Shown here piece by piece: positions 6,970 to 10,792 of a stretch of 10,792 nucleotides of DNA. A program made the translations under genes and the position numbers. Numbering within the stretch: position 1 is the first letter of the stretch; every line of letters begins with the position of its first letter. Below the pieces are notes generated by a model that saw only the letters and a list, made by a program, of their open reading frames with translations, was not told the origin of the DNA and did not search any database. The stretch comes from a virus (Duplodnaviria > Heunggongvirae > Uroviricota > Caudoviricetes): the IMG/VR virus record IMGVR_UViG_2690315922_000018, positions 1 to 10,792 of that record. One strand, written 5' to 3'.

Positions 6970-7458
6970 ATGTTGGATGTATTTACTCCATTGTTGAAAC
7001 TTTTTGCTAACGAGCCACTCGAAAGACTTATGTATACGATTATCATTTTTGGTCTCACTCTCTTGCTGATACCGAAAGAGTTTACTGTCGCATTCAATGC
7101 TTATACTGAAATACCTTGGCTCTTTCAGATTATCGTTTTTGCCTTTTCTTTCGTGGTCGCCATTTCCTTCTCAAGATTGCGAGCACATATTCAAAAGCAT
7201 TATTCATTACTACCAGAGCAACGAGTATTGCTTCGTTTATCTGAGAAAGAAATCGCTGTATTTAAAGATTTCCTTAAAACAGGAAATCTTATTATCACTT
7301 CTCCTTGCCGTAACCCGGTTATGAAAAAATTAGAACGGAAGGGCATCATTCAACATCAGAGTGATAGCGCAAACTGTTCTTATTATCTCGTCACCGAAAA
7401 ATACTCCCATTTTATGAAGTTATTCTGGAACAGCAGGAGTAGACGTTTTAATCGTTAG
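6970..7458 (+). CDS. sieB: Superinfection exclusion protein B (SieB), 162 aa, membrane protein
   Basis: ATG at 6970 (GAGAG 9 nt upstream). Product MLDVFTPLLKLFANEPLE.LMYTIIIFGLTL.LIPKEFTVAFNAYTEIPWLFQIIVFAFSFVVAISFSRLRAH... has two hydrophobic segments and matches Rac SieB as I recall it. The only plus-strand gene in the left half, as in Rac. The ORF-track extension back to 6847 is not supported. Confidence 0.85.
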   Translation: MLDVFTPLLKLFANEPLERLMYTIIIFGLTLLLIPKEFTVAFNAYTEIPWLFQIIVFAFSFVVAISFSRLRAHIQKHYSLLPEQRVLLRLSEKEIAVFKDFLKTGNLIITSPCRNPVMKKLERKGIIQHQSDSANCSYYLVTEKYSHFMKLFWNSRSRRFNR

Positions 7459-7610
7459 CTTACTGTGTGCTTCTCCAACCATCGGCGCGCACCAGTTTCG
7501 GTTTTAAATGTTTTGCTTTTGGTATACGTCATAGCAGTGAACGTTCCATCTTGGTTGGGGAACACGCCGCACACCAGGGATTCGTTGTTGCCGAGGTCGA
7601 TTTTTTGCAT
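7455..7610 (-). CDS. ydaF: YdaF-like small protein, 51 aa; not in the ORF track
   Basis: Hand translation: ATG 7610..7608 -> MQKIDLGNNESLVCGVFPNQDGTFTAMTYTKSKTFKTETGARRWLEKHTVS, stop TAA 7457..7455. Its stop overlaps the convergent sieB stop (TAG 7456-7458). Synteny with Rac ydaF. Confidence 0.65.
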   Translation of the reverse strand: MQKIDLGNNESLVCGVFPNQDGTFTAMTYTKSKTFKTETGARRWLEKHTVS

Positions 7611-7621
7611 TTTGGGAACTC

Positions 7622-7756
7622 TCACATCTTGTTGTTGCGGATAGAGGCTTCTGCTTGCCAGAGATCCCAGTCGTTGCTACGTAAAGCCTGCACAGCCTGG
7701 CTGTAAGTGATACCGCAACAATCCATCAAATACTGAACTACTTCGTAATGCACCAT
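7622..7756 (-). CDS. ydaG: YdaG-like small protein, 44 aa; not in the ORF track
   Basis: Hand translation: ATG 7756..7754 preceded by AAGGGAGAG SD -> MVHYEVVQYLMDCCGITYSQAVQALRSNDWDLWQAEASIRNNKM, stop TGA 7624..7622. Lies 11 nt upstream of ydaF, so the two are probably co-transcribed. Confidence 0.65.
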   Translation of the reverse strand: MVHYEVVQYLMDCCGITYSQAVQALRSNDWDLWQAEASIRNNKM

Positions 7757-7936
7757 CTTATCTCTCCCTTTAACGCCGGGTGGCGGAACGTTTTATCTAC
7801 TGCGCTTTGTATCAATCAACAACTGCCGTCATGTTCGTATGCCTCAGGCTGGCTACTTAGCCCTGTTCAGTGGCTGGATAACTCGAGGTATTGTCCTGCC
7901 GTTCTCTGGTGGGGCGTTGTTTGGATATGACAAATG

Positions 7937-7976
7937 CTCACATATCGTGAGTGATTTGTCAACTCAATATGTGAGC
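7937..7976. promoter_or_regulatory. Operator-like palindromes (OL-type) upstream of ydaG-ydaF, with a consensus TTGACA -35 on the minus strand
   Basis: 7937-7951 reads CTCACG-N4-GTGA on the minus strand, the same motif as the operators between the repressor and cro-like genes; 7963-7975 is a second near-palindrome CTCAATATGTGAG. A perfect TTGACA lies on the minus strand at 7962..7957, but no good -10 follows at 17 bp. Confidence 0.4.
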
Positions 7977-8003
7977 AATGTTGTTTTTGGATTTTTGATG
8001 GAC

Positions 8004-8036
8004 AAAAAAAGCCCTCGCTAATAGCGAGAGCTTTTT
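8004..8036. terminator. Bidirectional rho-independent terminator (A7 - 9-bp stem, 3-nt loop - T5) downstream of the repressor gene
   Basis: A-run 8004-8010, stem GCCCTCGCT (8011-8019) pairing with AGCGAGAGC (8023-8031) with one mismatch, T-run 8032-8036. On the minus strand it follows the repressor stop (8065..8063) by about 27 nt and is itself followed by U7. Confidence 0.65.
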
Positions 8037-8062
8037 GATTGGAATCGAGGGAGATTAAAGGT

Positions 8063-8452
8063 TTAGGAGGATTTCTTCTGTTGCCTGCTTCTTAGATATT
8101 TTTCCACATACTCATCAAGCTCTTGAAGACGGATTTCGAACAGATCAATCATGCGTGCTTGTTCTGAACCCGGGAGCTGATTAAACAGCTCTAGCATTTT
8201 TTTCTGGTTATCATTTAACCATGAGTACGTGTTTTCCTGTTCACCGAACATTAATTCTGCGGGGGAAATGCCTAGTACTTGGCCGAGGATGATCGCATCC
8301 TCAGCCCCCACACTCCTGGTGCCAGCTTCGTAGTTAGCAATACGAGAAGAACCTGACCAACCACATAGTTTTGCCAGGTTTCCCATACTTAATCCTCGAT
8401 TTAGGCGAGTGGCTTTTAGGCGCTCGCCTATTTGTTCTGCAATCGTTTTCAT
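8063..8452 (-). CDS. Prophage immunity repressor, XRE-family HTH (CI/RacR analogue), 129 aa, no S24 peptidase domain
   Basis: ATG 8452..8450; the ORF-track start at 8557 is TTG and the 35-codon extension would cover the operator region. N-terminal HTH (LKATRLNRGLSMGNLAKLCGWSGSSRIANYEAGTRSVGAEDAIILGQVLGISPAELMFGE) and a short helical C-terminus. Divergent from the cro-like gene and followed by a terminator. Sequence is not recognised as K-12 RacR, so it is probably a different immunity allele. Confidence 0.8.
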   Translation of the reverse strand: MKTIAEQIGERLKATRLNRGLSMGNLAKLCGWSGSSRIANYEAGTRSVGAEDAIILGQVLGISPAELMFGEQENTYSWLNDNQKKMLELFNQLPGSEQARMIDLFEIRLQELDEYVEKYLRSRQQKKSS

Positions 8453-8465
8453 AGTTCCGATTTTA

Positions 8466-8527
8466 TCACGATGTGTGAAATTGGCGGTACTCACGTATCT
8501 GTAGTTGATCTCGCTCACGAAGTGTGA
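8466..8527. promoter_or_regulatory. Three-site operator array (TCAC-N5-GTGA type) with divergent promoters between the repressor and cro-like genes
   Basis: Sites at 8466-8478 TCACGATGTGTGA, 8491-8503 TCACGTATCTGTA (imperfect) and 8515-8527 TCACGAAGTGTGA, spaced 25 and 24 bp centre to centre. Candidate rightward promoter: -35 TTGATC 8505-8510, -10 AATAAT 8527-8532 overlapping site 3, then AGGAGG SD 8539-8544. Candidate leftward -10 TAAAAT at 8465..8460, only 8 nt from the repressor ATG. Confidence 0.5.
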
Positions 8528-8549
8528 ATAATAGAAACAGGAGGTAGTG

Positions 8550-8792
8550 ATGAACAAAATTTCAACATATCGAAAACAGCTTGGGCTGTCTCAAAGACAA
8601 CTTGCTGTTCAGTTAGGGTGGATACAAAGCCGACTGGCAAATTACGAAGCAAATTTTCGTACCCCTGGACTAGAGGAGTGCAGAAAAATTGTTTCTACCC
8701 TTAATCGGCTTGGCGCTCATTGTGGACTTGACGATGTATTCCCCCCAGACGGTAAGCATAGCGAAAACAGCATAGGAGCGGTTGATTCATGA
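8550..8792 (+). CDS. Cro-like / YdaS-position HTH regulator, 80 aa
   Basis: ATG 8550 with AGGAGG SD 5 nt upstream (the ORF-track GTG at 8547 is too close to the SD). HTH motif LGLSQRQLAVQLGWIQSRLANYE. First gene of the rightward operon, divergent from the repressor. Stop overlaps the ydaT-like start (ATGA at 8789-8792). Confidence 0.75.
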   Translation: MNKISTYRKQLGLSQRQLAVQLGWIQSRLANYEANFRTPGLEECRKIVSTLNRLGAHCGLDDVFPPDGKHSENSIGAVDS

Positions 8793-9211
8793 AAATCAGG
8801 CATGAGCACATCGAATCAGTGTTGTTAGCCCTGGCAGCCGAAAAAGGGCAGGCGTGGGTCGCTAACGCAATTACTGAAGAATATCTGCGCCAGGGGGGCG
8901 GCGAATTGCCCCTGGTGCCTGGCAAGGACTGGAACAATCAGCAGAATATCTATCACCGTTGGTTGAAAGGTGAAACGAAAGCCCAAAGGGAAAAAATTCA
9001 GAAACTGATCCCTGCGGTTCTGGCAATTCTTCCGCGCGAGCTGCGTCACCGACTCTGCATCTTCGATACCCTGGAACGCCGTGCATTACTGGCGGCGCAG
9101 GAAGCGTTGAGTACGGCAATTGATGCGCATGATGATGCAGTCCAGGCCGTTTATCGTAAAGCACATTTCAGCGGCGGCGGGTCGCCCGGCGACTCTGTCG
9201 TAGTGCATTGA
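8789..9211 (+). CDS. ydaT: YdaT-like protein (proposed CII-like regulator family), 140 aa
   Basis: ATG 8789 with AGGAG about 10 nt upstream. N-terminal MKIRHEHIE... and C-terminal ...GGGSPGDSVVVH resemble Rac YdaT as I recall it, with the same length and the same position after the cro-like gene. Confidence 0.7.
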   Translation: MKIRHEHIESVLLALAAEKGQAWVANAITEEYLRQGGGELPLVPGKDWNNQQNIYHRWLKGETKAQREKIQKLIPAVLAILPRELRHRLCIFDTLERRALLAAQEALSTAIDAHDDAVQAVYRKAHFSGGGSPGDSVVVH

Positions 9212-9255
9212 TTGAAATTAATCGTGCCGGACTGTTTTGTTCGGTATCAGTTAAA

Positions 9256-9676
9256 TGTAACGCTTACAGCGTTACAAGGTGAAAACAATATGGCTTCAAA
9301 CTGGATAAAGCTCGAGGTTATTACGCCGGATAAGCCGGAAATATTCAGGCTTGCTGAGATTCTGAATATTGATCCAGATGCCGCATTAGGGAAAGTCATT
9401 CGCTTCTGGGCATGGGCGGATCAACAAATGATAGACGGTAACGCAGAGTGTAACGCTCGCGGCGTTACAAAAAGTGCAATAGATCGCATCACTTTTATGG
9501 CTGGTTTTGCTGATGCGTTAATTCAGGTTGGATGGCTGGTCGAAAATAACGGTGGGCTTTCTCTACCTAACTTTGAACGTCATAACGGAAAAAGCTCTAA
9601 AAAACGGGCGATTACAAACGAGAGGGTTACAAAAATACGCGAACTGAAACGAAAAGGTAACGCTGCCAGCGTTACA
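9256..9676. repeat. Three dispersed palindromes TGTAACGCT-N3-5-AGCGTTACA plus extra GTTACA(A) half-sites; candidate iterons or origin
   Basis: 9256-9276 TGTAACGCTTACAGCGTTACA (perfect 9-bp arms), 9449-9469 TGTAACGCTCGCGGCGTTACA, 9656-9676 GGTAACGCTGCCAGCGTTACA; further half-sites GGTAACGCA 9437-9445, GGTTACAAAAA 9625-9635 and ATTACAAA 9612-9619. Confidence 0.45.
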
Positions 9677-10078
9677 CAAACGGATCAAAAAGCGTTACCA
9701 GAGGAAGAGGAAGAGGAAGATATAAATACTGATCTCCCCCTAAATCCCCCTCGCCAAAAACGAGCATCTAAAAAATTCGAGCCGGAGGCTATTGAGTTGC
9801 CCGATTGGTTGCCGGAAACACTCTGGCATGAGTGGGTCCGGTTCAGGCAGGCATTGCGAAAACCGATTCGAACGGAGCAGGGCGCTAACGGGGCGATACG
9901 GGAACTGGAAAAATTCCGCCAGCAGGGTTTTACCCCTGAGCAGGTGATTCGACACAGCATCGCCAACGAATACCAGGGCTTGTTCGCGCCGAAAGGCGTT
10001 CGACCGGAGACGTTGCCTCGGCAGGTTAACACCGTCTCGTTGCCGGACAGTGCGATTCCGCCAGGCTTCAGGGGGTAA
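9290..10078 (+). CDS. ydaU: YdaU-like putative replication protein (DUF1376 family), 262 aa
   Basis: ATG 9290 with AGGTGA 7 nt upstream; the ORF-track start at 9212 is TTG. Position immediately upstream of the DnaC-like gene matches Rac ydaU. Contains an EEEEEED acidic stretch and the palindromic repeats listed separately. Confidence 0.6.
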   Translation: MASNWIKLEVITPDKPEIFRLAEILNIDPDAALGKVIRFWAWADQQMIDGNAECNARGVTKSAIDRITFMAGFADALIQVGWLVENNGGLSLPNFERHNGKSSKKRAITNERVTKIRELKRKGNAASVTQTDQKALPEEEEEEDINTDLPLNPPRQKRASKKFEPEAIELPDWLPETLWHEWVRFRQALRKPIRTEQGANGAIRELEKFRQQGFTPEQVIRHSIANEYQGLFAPKGVRPETLPRQVNTVSLPDSAIPPGFRG

Positions 10079-10084
10079 CGAACC

Positions 10085-10792
10085 ATGAAAAATATTGCGA
10101 CAGGCGGCGTTCTGGAACGTATCCGCAGACTGACCCCACCACATGTAACCGCCCCATTCAGAACGGTTGCGGAGTGGCGCGAGTGGCAACTTGCTGAAGG
10201 CCAGAAACGTTGCGAGGAGATCAACCGCCTGAATCGTCAGTTGCGGGTGGAAAAAATCCTGAATCGCTCTGGCATCCAGCCGTTGCACCGCAAATGCTCG
10301 TTTGCGAATTACCAGGTGCAGAACGACGGCCAGCGATACGCGTTAAGTCAGGCGAAATCCATCGCCGATGAACTGATGACCGGGTGTACAAATTTTGCGT
10401 TCAGCGGAAAACCTGGTACCGGGAAGAACCATTTAGCGGCAGCTATCGGAAATCGCCTGCTGAAAGATGGCCAGACAGTGATTGTGGTTACTGTGGCTGA
10501 TGTTATGAGTGCCCTGCATGCCAGCTATGACGACGGGCAGTCAGGCGAAAAATTTTTGCGGGAACTGTGCGAAGTGGATCTGCTGGTTCTTGATGAGATT
10601 GGCATTCAGCGCGAGACGAAAAACGAGCAGGTGGTACTGCACCAGATTATTGATCGACGGACAGCGTCGATGCGTAGCGTGGGAATGCTGACAAACCTGA
10701 ACTATGAGGCCATGAAAACATTGCTCGGTGAGCGGATTATGGATCGCATGACCATGAACGGCGGACGCTGGGTGAATTTTAACTGGGAAAGC
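10085..10792 (+). CDS. ydaV: DnaC-like replication ATPase / helicase loader (YdaV family), 3' end truncated by the window
   Basis: ATG 10085 (GGGGG 9 nt upstream), open in frame to the window end, 236 codons, hence absent from the ORF track. Walker A GKPGTGKNHLAAAIG and Walker B DLLVLDEIG; position after ydaU as in Rac. Confidence 0.85.
   Translation, partial: MKNIATGGVLERIRRLTPPHVTAPFRTVAEWREWQLAEGQKRCEEINRLNRQLRVEKILNRSGIQPLHRKCSFANYQVQNDGQRYALSQAKSIADELMTGCTNFAFSGKPGTGKNHLAAAIGNRLLKDGQTVIVVTVADVMSALHASYDDGQSGEKFLRELCEVDLLVLDEIGIQRETKNEQVVLHQIIDRRTASMRSVGMLTNLNYEAMKTLLGERIMDRMTMNGGRWVNFNWES

Noticed and set aside
6906-7324. ORFs 6906..7097 (-) and 7097..7324 (+) within sieB
   Set aside because: Antisense or alternative frames of sieB.
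7467-8021. Plus-strand ORFs 7467..7706, 7748..7930, 7839..8021
   Set aside because: Antisense to or overlapping ydaF/ydaG and the operator region, with no SD. The 7839 ORF does end just before the bidirectional terminator, so a plus-strand transcript cannot be fully excluded, but there is no coding evidence.
8453-8557. N-terminal extension of the repressor ORF to 8557 (164 aa)
   Set aside because: The extension starts at TTG, would encode a Cys/Tyr/Phe-rich leader through the operator region, and removes the divergent promoter architecture; the ATG at 8452 gives a standard HTH repressor.
8701-9164. Minus-strand ORFs 8701..8937, 8825..9049, 8871..9164
   Set aside because: Antisense to the cro-like and ydaT-like genes.
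9685-10691. ORFs 9685..10224 (-), 9740..10288 (-), 10509..10691 (+)
   Set aside because: Antisense or off-frame relative to the ydaU-like and DnaC-like genes; the DnaC-like frame carries Walker A/B motifs.
1-10792. Searched for attL/attR, tRNA genes, CRISPR arrays and IS elements
   Set aside because: No tRNA-like structures, no regularly spaced direct repeats and no IS-like terminal inverted repeats were seen. The window begins at the int stop codon, so the attachment site must lie outside it.

Overview
This window is the early-left, immunity and early-right region of a Rac-like lambdoid prophage of E. coli type, starting exactly at the integrase stop codon (pos 1-3) and running into a truncated DnaC-like replication gene at the right edge. 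Gene order (strand): int(-) xis(-) ydaC-like(-) Lar/RalR(-) exo(-) bet(-) gam(-) 663-aa RecE-N-terminal-like protein(-) racC(-) ydaE(-) kilR(-) | sieB(+) | ydaF(-) ydaG(-) | terminator | immunity repressor(-) <operators> cro-like(+) ydaT-like(+) ydaU-like(+) ydaV/DnaC-like(+, partial). The main point of interest is a mosaic recombination module: on a Rac backbone, where recE-recT would be expected, there is a 663-aa RecE-N-terminal-like ORF with an unusual C-terminal tail, followed by a complete lambda Red gam-bet-exo cassette. Other observations: a three-site operator array between the divergent repressor and cro-like genes with an apparently leaderless repressor mRNA, a matching operator pair next to a bidirectional terminator, palindromic GTAACGC/GCGTTAC repeats inside the ydaU-like gene (possible origin), and a structured non-coding stretch between sieB and kilR. 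Three genes under 60 aa (ydaE, ydaF, ydaG) are absent from the ORF track and were found by hand translation. Protein identities rest on recalled similarity and Rac synteny, not on a database search. Several ORF-track starts are TTG/GTG extensions, so I give shorter ATG-based coordinates.
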